From the NCBI RefSeq assembly GCF_018398935.1, contig NZ_CP074694.1:4920001-4952000 (forward strand): 32,000 bases of DNA. The letters run 5' to 3'. Each line of letters starts with the position of its first letter. Within the stretch, counting starts at the first letter, position 1. The notes under the pieces were generated by a model. It searched no databases and had not been told where the DNA came from. It was given only the letters and a program-made list of their open reading frames with translations. Made by a program: the position numbers and the translations under genes. This DNA comes from Telmatocola sphagniphila (lineage in GTDB: Bacteria > Planctomycetota > Planctomycetia > Gemmatales > Gemmataceae). Positions 1 through 7,901 of the stretch are shown here, piece after piece.

Positions 1-918
1 TTGACCGACCTGGGTCTGGTGAAGGAAGTCGATGGCGATTTGAACCTGACCAAGACCGGCCGCGGTCTGGGCACGCCCCACTTCATGGCACCGGAACAGT
101 TCCGTAATGCCAAGCACGCCGACGTCCGCTGCGACATTTATTCGATCGGCGCGACACTTTACATGATGGTCACTGGGGAAGTTCCATTCGGTAAAGTCGG
201 GCCGCTCGACTGCTGGATGAAGAAAATTCGCAACGATTTCACGCCGCCCCGGGAATTGAAGCCCGATCTGTCCGACCGGGTCGACTGGGCCATTCGCCGG
301 GCCATGAGTGGCGATCCCGATCAGCGACCGGCCACCTGCCGGGAATTCGTCGAGGATCTGACCGGGCTGACCATTCGCGCCAAAGCGCCGCAACAAGCCG
401 TCAACCCGAATGCCCAGACGATCGAAACGCCGACCACGAGCAATCTTCCCTGGTATCTTGTTTACAAGGACGATACCGGCGAAACCCATACGGTTAAAGG
501 CACTACTGACGGGATTCGCAAGGCATTGAAAGAAGGTTTGCTGGGGGATGCCGTGAATATTCGTGCCTGCCAGAGCAAGCAGGGGCCGTTCAAGTATCTG
601 AAGGATCACCCGGAGTTTCGCGATCTGGTGATCTCTCCGGCTCCGATGGAACAGCAGAAAAAGAACGTCGATCCTAATGCAGCCGTCGGAACCGCGCAAA
701 TGGAAATTGTGCCGCGCGATAACATGTACGAATCGGATGCGGAACGCGTCAGCATGAAGCGGATGCCTCAGCCGATGTTGTATCCGGGCAATAATACCCT
801 TCCGCCGCAGATCCCTTTGACGACTCCCAAAAAGTTCGACTGGGCTTTCTGGGGCATTATCGGCGCGGTAGTCATTGCCACCCTCACTACGCTAGTGGTA
901 TTCTGGCCGAAGAAGTGA
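1..918 (+). CDS. Ser/Thr protein kinase, C-terminal part (5' end cut by window edge), with a GYF-like domain and a C-terminal TM tail anchor
   Basis: The translation opens in the Hanks-kinase activation segment and APE region (DLGLVK...GTPHFMAPEQ...DIYSIGATLYMMVTGEVPF...DPDQRPA). A W-Y-x...GP-type segment (LPWYLVYKDDTGETHTVKGTTDGIRKAL..., ~nt 442-630) resembles GYF_2 domains. The last ~25 aa are hydrophobic (FWGIIGAVVIATLTTLVVFW) followed by PKK and the stop. Confidence 0.8.
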   Translation: MTDLGLVKEVDGDLNLTKTGRGLGTPHFMAPEQFRNAKHADVRCDIYSIGATLYMMVTGEVPFGKVGPLDCWMKKIRNDFTPPRELKPDLSDRVDWAIRRAMSGDPDQRPATCREFVEDLTGLTIRAKAPQQAVNPNAQTIETPTTSNLPWYLVYKDDTGETHTVKGTTDGIRKALKEGLLGDAVNIRACQSKQGPFKYLKDHPEFRDLVISPAPMEQQKKNVDPNAAVGTAQMEIVPRDNMYESDAERVSMKRMPQPMLYPGNNTLPPQIPLTTPKKFDWAFWGIIGAVVIATLTTLVVFWPKK

Positions 919-919
919 G

Positions 920-1861
920 TTAATTTCGGCTTCGCCAGTCGTTCAAAATGTCCTTCAACGTGCTATCCAGGGAATGCACCGGCGCCCAGCCGGTGGATTT
1001 CTTCAATTTCTCGACCTGAGTCCGGCTCACCAGCGTTTCCGACTGCCGGTTGCTTTCCGCTTTCTGACGAATTTCGATCTGCGCGGACGACAATTTGATG
1101 AGGCGATCAAGAATCTCGGCCATCGAATAGGTCATCCCGGTTGCGCAGTTGTAAGCTTCACCCGGCTGGCCTCGTTCCATCAGCCGCACGAAGGCATACA
1201 CCATATCGCGAACATCGGTGAGATCGCGCTGACCCGATAAATTCCCTGTCTCCAGAACCGGCGTTTGTTTACCGGACTCTATAGCCGCGATCTGGCGGGC
1301 AAAATTCGCAACGGCGTACTCGGCATTCTGTCCTGGGCCGATCTGATTGAACGGCCGCGCTCGAATGACTTCGAGACCGCACTCCTTCCAAATCTGATAA
1401 CCCAGAAGATCCGCCGCGGCTTTGCTCACGGCGTACGGACTGGCTGGCCGGAAAGAGGTTTTTTCGTCGAAGACTTCCCCCGGAGTTTCCGGGTCGCCGT
1501 AGATCAGCCCCGAGGAGGTGATGAGGATGCGCGTTTTTTGTCCCCAGTAACGCACCGCCGAGAAGAGCGTCTGAGTCACCTGCAAGTTGCCTTCCCAGGC
1601 CAGTTCCGGCTCGGTGAAGGAGCGGCCGTTGTGGGCATAACCGGCCAGATGAAAAATCCACTGCGGCTCGATGGAGCGCAACAGGCCGACCATCTCCTTG
1701 AGATTCAGCGGATCGGCCAGGTGCATGGTGAGTCCAGCCCGGGCAGAAAGCTTATCTCGGCTCCGGGAAGTCCCATGAATTTGATAGCTACCCTGCTTCA
1801 ACAGCAGTTCGACGAGATGGCTGCCGACAAAACCGGTGACGCCCGTAATCAGAACGCGCAT
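920..1861 (-). CDS. rmd: NAD-dependent SDR epimerase/dehydratase, most like GDP-4-dehydro-6-deoxy-D-mannose reductase (Rmd)
   Basis: 313 aa. It has an N-terminal Rossmann motif (ITGVTGFVGSHL), catalytic YAVSK, and ARPFNQIGPGQ and TGW.P...L..IL.DW segments colinear with Pseudomonas Rmd as I remember it. It lies 59 bp downstream of gmd on the same strand. The exact product (Rmd versus another GDP-sugar reductase) is not certain. Confidence 0.7.
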   Translation of the reverse strand: MRVLITGVTGFVGSHLVELLLKQGSYQIHGTSRSRDKLSARAGLTMHLADPLNLKEMVGLLRSIEPQWIFHLAGYAHNGRSFTEPELAWEGNLQVTQTLFSAVRYWGQKTRILITSSGLIYGDPETPGEVFDEKTSFRPASPYAVSKAAADLLGYQIWKECGLEVIRARPFNQIGPGQNAEYAVANFARQIAAIESGKQTPVLETGNLSGQRDLTDVRDMVYAFVRLMERGQPGEAYNCATGMTYSMAEILDRLIKLSSAQIEIRQKAESNRQSETLVSRTQVEKLKKSTGWAPVHSLDSTLKDILNDWRSRN

Positions 1862-1920
1862 AATTTATCTGCTATCGGGAAGGTTCTTGCCACGCTGCAC
1901 CACCGGCTTGCTAAATCCGT

Positions 1921-2913
1921 TCAAGCTGCCTTCGCGTATCCGGCATGGGCATTCCCCCGCAGCTTGGCGAGGTCGGAGAGCACCATCCGGCGGACCAATT
2001 CGGGGAAGCTGATCTCCGGCTTCCAGCCCAGATTCTTATTCGCCTTGGCCGGATCGCCAATCAGCAGATCGACCTCCGCGGGTCGGATGAAGGCGGGATC
2101 CAGCACCACGTGCTTCTTCCAATTCAGCCCCACGCAATCGAAGGCGATTTCCACCAGTTCCTGAACGCTATGCGTCTCGCCGGTGGAGATCACATAATCA
2201 TCCGGCTCGGCTTGTTGTAGCATCATCCACATGGCCCGGACATAGTCGGCGGCATGGCCCCAGTCGCGCTTGGCGTCGAGGTTGCCCAACCGCAGTTCGT
2301 TGGTCATACCTAGCTTGATGCGGGCAACGCCATCCGAAACCTTGCGGGTGACGAATTCTTTACCCCGGCGTTCGCTCTCGTGGTTGAAGAGAATACCGGA
2401 GACGCAGTACATATTGTAGCTCTCCCGGTAATTGATGGTGATCCAATGGCCATAGAGTTTGGCCACCCCGTACGGGCTGCGCGGATAGAACGGCGTCGTT
2501 TCGGTCTGCGGTACGGCTTGTACCTTACCGAACATTTCCGATGAGGAAGCCTGATAAAATCGGATGCGATCCCGGCCCAGAAGCTTGATGGCTTCGAGCA
2601 TGCGGGTGACACCCATGGCGGTGAATTCGCCGGTGAGCACCGGCTGCTTCCAGCTGGTGGGTACGAAGCTTTGGGCCGCCAGATTGTAGACTTCGCCCGG
2701 ATTGACTTCTTTGAGGACATCAATGAGAGAAAGCTGATCAAGCAGATCGGCCTGATGCAGATGAATTTTGTCAGTGAGGTGACCGATGCGTTCGAAATTT
2801 TCGGTGCTGGATCGACGGACGATGCCGTGAACCTCGTAGCCTTTGGTCAGCAGGAATTCTGCGAGGTAACTTCCATCCTGACCGGTAATGCCCGTGATTA
2901 GAGCTTTCTTCAT
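1921..2913 (-). CDS. gmd: GDP-mannose 4,6-dehydratase
   Basis: 330 aa. [59 protein letters not shown] and [10 protein letters not shown] are hallmark Gmd segments. Confidence 0.95.
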   Translation of the reverse strand: MKKALITGITGQDGSYLAEFLLTKGYEVHGIVRRSSTENFERIGHLTDKIHLHQADLLDQLSLIDVLKEVNPGEVYNLAAQSFVPTSWKQPVLTGEFTAMGVTRMLEAIKLLGRDRIRFYQASSSEMFGKVQAVPQTETTPFYPRSPYGVAKLYGHWITINYRESYNMYCVSGILFNHESERRGKEFVTRKVSDGVARIKLGMTNELRLGNLDAKRDWGHAADYVRAMWMMLQQAEPDDYVISTGETHSVQELVEIAFDCVGLNWKKHVVLDPAFIRPAEVDLLIGDPAKANKNLGWKPEISFPELVRRMVLSDLAKLRGNAHAGYAKAA

Positions 2914-3063
2914 TGCACTTCCTTGTTGATCGAACCGCGCGCAAGCGTCGGCACCTTAATCCTGAGGTGACTCGGTTTTAACCCCGACGAGCAATTTGTG
3001 TCAATATGGAGTGCTCTGAAGCAAGTGCCGTGCTCAACTCAAATTGCCTGTTTTGACCATCCA

Positions 3064-3079
3064 CTACGGAAAACCGTAG
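3064..3079 (-). terminator. Small hairpin just downstream of the 115-aa ORF (ctacgg-aaaa-ccgtag)
   Basis: A perfect 6-bp stem with a 4-nt loop lies 7 nt after the stop at 3086. No U-tract follows on the minus strand, so this is weak as an intrinsic terminator. Confidence 0.2.
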
Positions 3080-3085
3080 CGAGCG

Positions 3086-3433
3086 CTAAACGAAGATCTC
3101 TTCCCCTTCCAAGTGGAATCGTTCCCCCTTCAGATCATCTTTCCAGACGTCGATTGCATTCCGAATTCGCTGCTGTGCTAATTGCATTTGACTGGCAACC
3201 ATTTGCTTCTGCATGCCCAGGATCTTTCCGAACCCTGGCAGAATGGAGAGGCATCCCGAAGGCTGGCTAAAACCGGCCAGACCGGTTTTCATGGCTTCGT
3301 ATTCGGAAATGGCATTGCGGATATACAGAAGCTTGGCCTTGCGGACCTCCTCGGGAGCCATGCCCGAAAGCCCGGCAATGAACATTTGCAGTTTTTCGGG
3401 AGACAGGGAGGAGGAGTGGGTCGGATCGTTCAT
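3086..3433 (-). CDS. Hypothetical small protein (115 aa)
   Basis: It is the longest ORF in this interval, with an ATG start and plausible soluble helical composition. The three overlapping + strand ORFs are R/G/P/S-rich and look antisense. No family recognised. Confidence 0.5.
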   Translation of the reverse strand: MNDPTHSSSLSPEKLQMFIAGLSGMAPEEVRKAKLLYIRNAISEYEAMKTGLAGFSQPSGCLSILPGFGKILGMQKQMVASQMQLAQQRIRNAIDVWKDDLKGERFHLEGEEIFV

Positions 3434-3651
3434 CGAGAGGACTCCTGATAATACCCCTTTATAGCGGTTCGGATCGGGAAAAGAGAAAAATTCAGGTCTG
3501 CGTCAGACTGTTGACCCGTATTTCAAGCCAAAAAGGCCCTTTGGGCGCTAAATTCCCGGCTTTTTTCGGCCGCGCTGTTGCCAGTTGATATGCCATTACT
3601 AACTTAAAAGGTTCCTAAATTAAGTTGAATTGGGTGAAAGGGTTCACTGAT

Positions 3652-3894
3652 ATGGTTCGCAAGAAGCTCAAACGCCATCCTTCGGATCGATGCCGCTTCT
3701 GCACTAAAGAAGGTTGTCCTCGTCCGGCTTTCGTGGATTACAAGGACGTCAGCAGCCTCAAGAAGATGTCCAGCCAGCAGATGAAACTGCACGGCCGGAA
3801 GCGTAATGCGATCTGCGCGGCGTTCCAACGAGCGTTGGGCACGGCCGTCAAGCGGGCTCGCTTCATGGCTCTGATGCCTTACGTCGGCGAGTAA
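3652..3894 (+). CDS. rpsR: 30S ribosomal protein S18
   Basis: MVRKKLKRHPSDRCRFCTKEG...VDYKDVSSLKKM......RKRN.ICAAFQRALGTAVKRARFMALMPY matches the conserved S18 core (CRF...IDYKD...L..AIKRAR.LALLPY). I moved the start to the ATG at 3652 rather than the track's TTG at 3625. Confidence 0.85.
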   Translation: MVRKKLKRHPSDRCRFCTKEGCPRPAFVDYKDVSSLKKMSSQQMKLHGRKRNAICAAFQRALGTAVKRARFMALMPYVGE

Positions 3895-3917
3895 TTTCCT
3901 TTTTCAGCCGCTCTTTT

Positions 3918-3939
3918 GCATCGGCCTTACTTCCGATGC
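3918..3939. terminator. Hairpin between convergent rpsR and the WD40 gene (gcatcgg-8 nt-ccgatgc)
   Basis: A perfect 7-bp stem lies in the 50-bp gap between the two convergent stop codons (3894 and 3945). There is no clear U-tract on either side. Confidence 0.3.
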
Positions 3940-3944
3940 GCGCC

Positions 3945-4910
3945 CTAATCGCAATCGAATACCACTACAAAACCTCGACTGGTCCCGCAGGCCAGTCTTA
4001 GTCCGTCCGGCGCGTAGGCCAAAGATGTGATCGCGCCCTGCGGCCAGGTGTACGTTCGCAGCAATCGGGCCGACGCGATGTCCCAGATCTGGACTGAGCC
4101 ATCCCGGCTTCCCGTGGCCAGATACTGCCCATCGGGAGAAGCCGCCAGGCAATTGACCGTGCTAATGGGTTCCATCAGATCGCCGTGAGGGCTCTCAGGC
4201 CGTTTGTCGGGTCCTAGCCGCCAGAGACTCACTTGCCTGGGTAGGGCGACCGCCAGATAAGCATCGTCGGGCGTCAGGATCATATCCCGAATCATGTCGT
4301 TGAAGGGAATCTCGGCCTGCTGAGATTGTTTGGTCGGCATCCAGAAAAAAGTTTGTACGATCCAATCGAGGGTCAGCTTATTTTTATCCTCTTCGGCGCT
4401 GTCGAATTGGGGATTCCAAAACCGTACCATTCCCTGTCGGGAAGCACTGATCAGCGTATTTCCATCGTCACTGAAGTGCAGGGCGACGATACGATTTTCA
4501 CTACTGCGGATGAGCGATCGCTCGTGGAGTTGGTTCAAATCAAAGCGGCGGATAACCGCCTGTTTCCAAATGGCTTTTCCCGCCACGCAGAGCAGATTCG
4601 TCTTGGGATCGAACGTCAAAGTGGAGCTGGTCCCGACCGGTCCGGAAAGAGGGAGCGATTCCATATTTCCATTGACCAGCCGATGCAGAACACCCTCGCG
4701 CGTGATGCCGATAAATTGCAGCGGTGGGCCCTGAATCAAAACCTGGTTGAAGGTGTATTCCTCGAAGGGATTGGGGTGAAGGCGCTCGCATTGGCTGCCC
4801 TGCCAGACGCGAACTTTACCCGAACGCTGTTCGTGGGCATACAGGGCCAAGCCGTCCTCCTGAAAGCGGAGATAGGTCACCCGCCCCAACCCCGCTTCGA
4901 GAAGGATCAT
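3945..4910 (-). CDS. WD40-repeat (beta-propeller) protein
   Basis: 321 aa. Repeated units have the D-G...L(A/V)(S/T)GS.DG.V..W(D/N) signature, for example FSDDGNTLISASRQGMVRFWN and ASPDGQYLATGSRDGSVQIWDI, plus YAPDGLRLACGTSRGFVVVFD. Confidence 0.85.
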   Translation of the reverse strand: MILLEAGLGRVTYLRFQEDGLALYAHEQRSGKVRVWQGSQCERLHPNPFEEYTFNQVLIQGPPLQFIGITREGVLHRLVNGNMESLPLSGPVGTSSTLTFDPKTNLLCVAGKAIWKQAVIRRFDLNQLHERSLIRSSENRIVALHFSDDGNTLISASRQGMVRFWNPQFDSAEEDKNKLTLDWIVQTFFWMPTKQSQQAEIPFNDMIRDMILTPDDAYLAVALPRQVSLWRLGPDKRPESPHGDLMEPISTVNCLAASPDGQYLATGSRDGSVQIWDIASARLLRTYTWPQGAITSLAYAPDGLRLACGTSRGFVVVFDCD

Positions 4911-4944
4911 GTATATGCTTTATTGAGAAGGAAGATGACGATGT

Positions 4945-5484
4945 TCAGATGTAAACTACCGCAGGATTCTTCTCTTTGCCGAGATTGGCGATACTGGCCA
5001 GGAGAGACTGAATCGCGGAACGGGTATAGTTGGACCTCAGAATAATCCCAATCAGTTCCGCAAAGTTGGTGTCATCGTGAGCAATAGCAACGCCATCAAG
5101 AGGAGTCTTAATCTTAATTTCCTTTGGTTCTTCCGTTATCGAAGCGTTAAACTTCCGAATCCCATGAATGTATTGGATGCTATTTTCGGGAATCAGATCT
5201 GCTTGCAATCCATCCGAAATGATTTTCAGCGGATAAATATCGGCTTTCTTCGAAGATGCTTGCAAAAGCGTTACTCTTCTCCCACCCAATTTTTTGGCAA
5301 CAATATCAAATTGAATCGTTTTGGTATTTTCCGCATCGGTTACCGTAATCTGCGCAGTGAGTTCACCCTTGGATCGGGTTTCCAAAGGACCGATCTGTTT
5401 CGTAAGTATGTTAATAGGGTCGAGAACTTCCCTTTGTGGGATAGAATCTCCCCACAAATCGTCGAGTTTCTCAGGCATTTTCAA
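4945..5484 (-). CDS. Hypothetical protein (179 aa), no recognisable domain; last gene of the low-GC patch
   Basis: ATG start 10 bp after the stop of the upstream EEP gene. It has balanced soluble composition and no TM or signal peptide. Overlapping + strand ORFs look like antisense junk. Confidence 0.65.
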   Translation of the reverse strand: MKMPEKLDDLWGDSIPQREVLDPINILTKQIGPLETRSKGELTAQITVTDAENTKTIQFDIVAKKLGGRRVTLLQASSKKADIYPLKIISDGLQADLIPENSIQYIHGIRKFNASITEEPKEIKIKTPLDGVAIAHDDTNFAELIGIILRSNYTRSAIQSLLASIANLGKEKNPAVVYI

Positions 5485-5494
5485 TCTCCCTTAT

Positions 5495-6331
5495 TTAGCT
5501 CAGCAAAGTAAATAATACCGCAAAATGATCGGAAATTCTACGGCCATTGGGCTGACCGGCTTCAGTGCTCATCGTTTCCCTACCATCGGAATCGATAATT
5601 TGAACATCCTGCAGCTCATCCATAATCTCTGGGCTCAACAGCACTTGATCTAGCATGTGCCAGCCCGGATTGACATGCTCTGCAGATTTATAAAAATAAG
5701 TGCCCGGAGGTCCCTGAGAACGATCTCCAAAATGAGACCACATCGGGTTGTAAAAGAGACGATATTCCTTCTGCTGTACGGTGCGTTTTTTGGCAGCTAA
5801 CTCCCTCGGCGAAACTGCGGCAAATTTAAGTGATGAGAGCATACCCGCGTCGTACGGGTTCATATTGAAATCGCCTACGATGATGGTTCTTAAGGAATGC
5901 GAAAACTGCGTCTCTTGAAGTCGAATTTGGTTAATGACTTCGCCTGCATGTTCGGAGATGGACTCTTTGTCCCAAAATTGGTGTGATGGGAAATGAACAA
6001 GGCAAAGTAGGAATGGCTTTTCTGCGAGCGCGACGTTCCAGATGCTGAGCCGATTGTCTGGTGTGTTATAAACCCACGAAATTTCTGTCGAAGCTACTCG
6101 ATATAAAACTTGGAAGCGGGGATTCACATTCTCAGCGATGACAAACTTGCTATTTGCGTTTCCTAGATTGAAATTTGACCAGTCGTTTGGCACCAATTTG
6201 GATTCGGCCAGCAAGAGGTAATCGATCTGATAATGCGCAACCATCCTCGACAAATGCTTGAGGATGTTCGTTTTCCGATCCTGCCAGGTAACAGCATCGT
6301 TTCCTTTGAGATTCCAAAATAAGAACTTCAT
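5495..6331 (-). CDS. Endonuclease/exonuclease/phosphatase (EEP) fold protein, catalytic motifs intact
   Basis: 278 aa. Ordered EEP motifs are present: FLFWNL (metal-binding Asn), LLLAE (Glu), LVHFPS (His), IIVGDFNMNP (Asp/Asn), MLDQVLLS (Asp) and RISDHFAVL (Asp-His). Confidence 0.8.
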   Translation of the reverse strand: MKFLFWNLKGNDAVTWQDRKTNILKHLSRMVAHYQIDYLLLAESKLVPNDWSNFNLGNANSKFVIAENVNPRFQVLYRVASTEISWVYNTPDNRLSIWNVALAEKPFLLCLVHFPSHQFWDKESISEHAGEVINQIRLQETQFSHSLRTIIVGDFNMNPYDAGMLSSLKFAAVSPRELAAKKRTVQQKEYRLFYNPMWSHFGDRSQGPPGTYFYKSAEHVNPGWHMLDQVLLSPEIMDELQDVQIIDSDGRETMSTEAGQPNGRRISDHFAVLFTLLS

Positions 6332-6411
6332 ATTCTGTGAGCGAGAGAGACTGAAGGATCAACTTTCTGCTATTCTTGCGAATCTTCAGCCAGAACACAA
6401 ACCCGTTTTCC

Positions 6412-7854
6412 TCACTTACCCAAATCCGGCGCTTCGTACCCTGTCACTCCCTCAGGTGCGATCAGCTTCGGCTTGAACTCTCCCGGAGCGATCTTGCACA
6501 ATTGGTTGTGCACGCGCTGCCGGTATTCGCAGGCCAGTGTTACCACTTCCTTCAACTCGGTATCGAGAATTTTCCCATCGGGATAGAGCAACTTGATCAG
6601 GCCGCTGCCGGTGCGCTCGATGGCCGTCTGATCGCGCTTGGTCAGACCGGGCTGTAAAGGAACCGTTCGCACCGTATCGGCGAAACTGTCTTCCCGCATC
6701 CGGCACAGGACTTCCCCGAAATAATCGGTTACAAAACCAACGCCGCTGGCGATCGAAGTCGGTGTGATCTTGGGGATTTCCCAGCCCGGCAGGTAAATGT
6801 GCATGCGGTCGTGGAAGGCACTGTCGATCAATTCCTTGGGCAGCGGTTCGAGCAAATTGTTGTATCTCGAATGCGGCTGATTCCCCTCGACATCGATATT
6901 GCCGGAGAACACCAATCCCGCATCGGTCGCAAAGGTCAGTGAGCCGCGCGAAAACTGACCCGATTCCATGTAATCCTTCATGACACTGATCATGGATTCA
7001 TCGTTGAAAGTCGTATGCGCAATCTCGTCGAAGATCACTACTTTGCGAGTGCCCAGGATGCCCACCTGCTTGGTGGAAAGATTGACGAACAGATTGGCCG
7101 GGGTTGCCTTGCCGCCTGAAATGACGAAACTGCGCGGCGACACATTGCGCAACAAAAAGGTCTTGCCCGTCTGACGCGGGCCCAGTTCCATCAGGTTGAT
7201 ATTCCGTTCCACCAGCGGCAATAATCGCGAGATCAACAGCAATTTCGTACGGCGGTCGGGAAACTTTTCCGGATTGTAACCGGCGCTTTGAAACATCAGA
7301 GCTAGCCATTCGTCCGAAGTGAATTTCAAACGCATGGCCTTGTGCGCTTCCACATCCGGCGGGCCGACCTGAAACGGCGTGAAGGATTCCAAAGACGAGG
7401 GAAAATTCTTATCGCTTTCCGGACTGTAGCGAATCTTGGCCGTGCCCCACATACCCCCCATCAGACCAGGGTATTGCTCCAGGAGCGAATTGCTGACGAT
7501 GATCTTGTCGTTCAGAACCGTCGTTCGCCCCAGAGCCAGGCGCTTTTTGAGATCGATATCGACATCAATACTATCGATGAACAGGATCTCGCCCGTTCGC
7601 AGCAGTTTAGCCTGCATCTGCTCGCGATCTTCCAGGGACGGCAGCAAAGCTTTGATCTTCGCCTGCACGTTGGCGATATCGGCTTTCCAGGTTTCCGGTT
7701 TGACGTACTTGGCGATCAGGTATTCCGACACAAATCGAGGCAGCCCCGTCAAAGTCGCCTGGGAAGCGAGCGATTTTAATACAACCTTGTCCCCGAGGGT
7801 CTCCAGGGCTTTTTTGTCGAGATCGGTCAGCTGATGTTCATCGTAAAGAGACAT
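6412..7854 (-). CDS. BrxL-like AAA+ ATPase (BrxL N-terminal and ATPase regions, no Lon-protease domain)
   Basis: 480 aa. Walker A is ELGPRQTGKTF and Walker B is KVVIFDEIA. The segments ISGGKATPANLF, MKDYMESGQFSRG, VFSGNI and DRMHIYLPGWEIPK are colinear with BREX BrxL as I remember it. The N-terminus (LGDKVVLKSL...LPRFVSEYLIAKY) resembles the BrxL N-domain. The ORF ends about 200 aa before the position where BrxL carries its Lon-like protease domain. Confidence 0.85.
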   Translation of the reverse strand: MSLYDEHQLTDLDKKALETLGDKVVLKSLASQATLTGLPRFVSEYLIAKYVKPETWKADIANVQAKIKALLPSLEDREQMQAKLLRTGEILFIDSIDVDIDLKKRLALGRTTVLNDKIIVSNSLLEQYPGLMGGMWGTAKIRYSPESDKNFPSSLESFTPFQVGPPDVEAHKAMRLKFTSDEWLALMFQSAGYNPEKFPDRRTKLLLISRLLPLVERNINLMELGPRQTGKTFLLRNVSPRSFVISGGKATPANLFVNLSTKQVGILGTRKVVIFDEIAHTTFNDESMISVMKDYMESGQFSRGSLTFATDAGLVFSGNIDVEGNQPHSRYNNLLEPLPKELIDSAFHDRMHIYLPGWEIPKITPTSIASGVGFVTDYFGEVLCRMREDSFADTVRTVPLQPGLTKRDQTAIERTGSGLIKLLYPDGKILDTELKEVVTLACEYRQRVHNQLCKIAPGEFKPKLIAPEGVTGYEAPDLGK

Positions 7855-7901
7855 GAATTTTCCTGGTTATCTGAAATAATTTCTTTCGACCGGCCAATCC
7901 C

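Noticed and set aside
1265-2164. 299-aa + strand ORF spanning the rmd/gmd junction
   Set aside because: It is antisense to two clearly homologous SDR genes and crosses their intergenic gap, so it is not credible as a gene.
4326-5045. 239-aa + strand ORF
   Set aside because: It is antisense to the WD40 gene, whose repeats are recognisable on the minus strand.
6351-6389. Inverted repeat ctgaag...cttcag in the ATPase-EEP spacer
   Set aside because: The arms are only 6 bp with a ~26-nt loop, which is too weak to call a terminator or operator.
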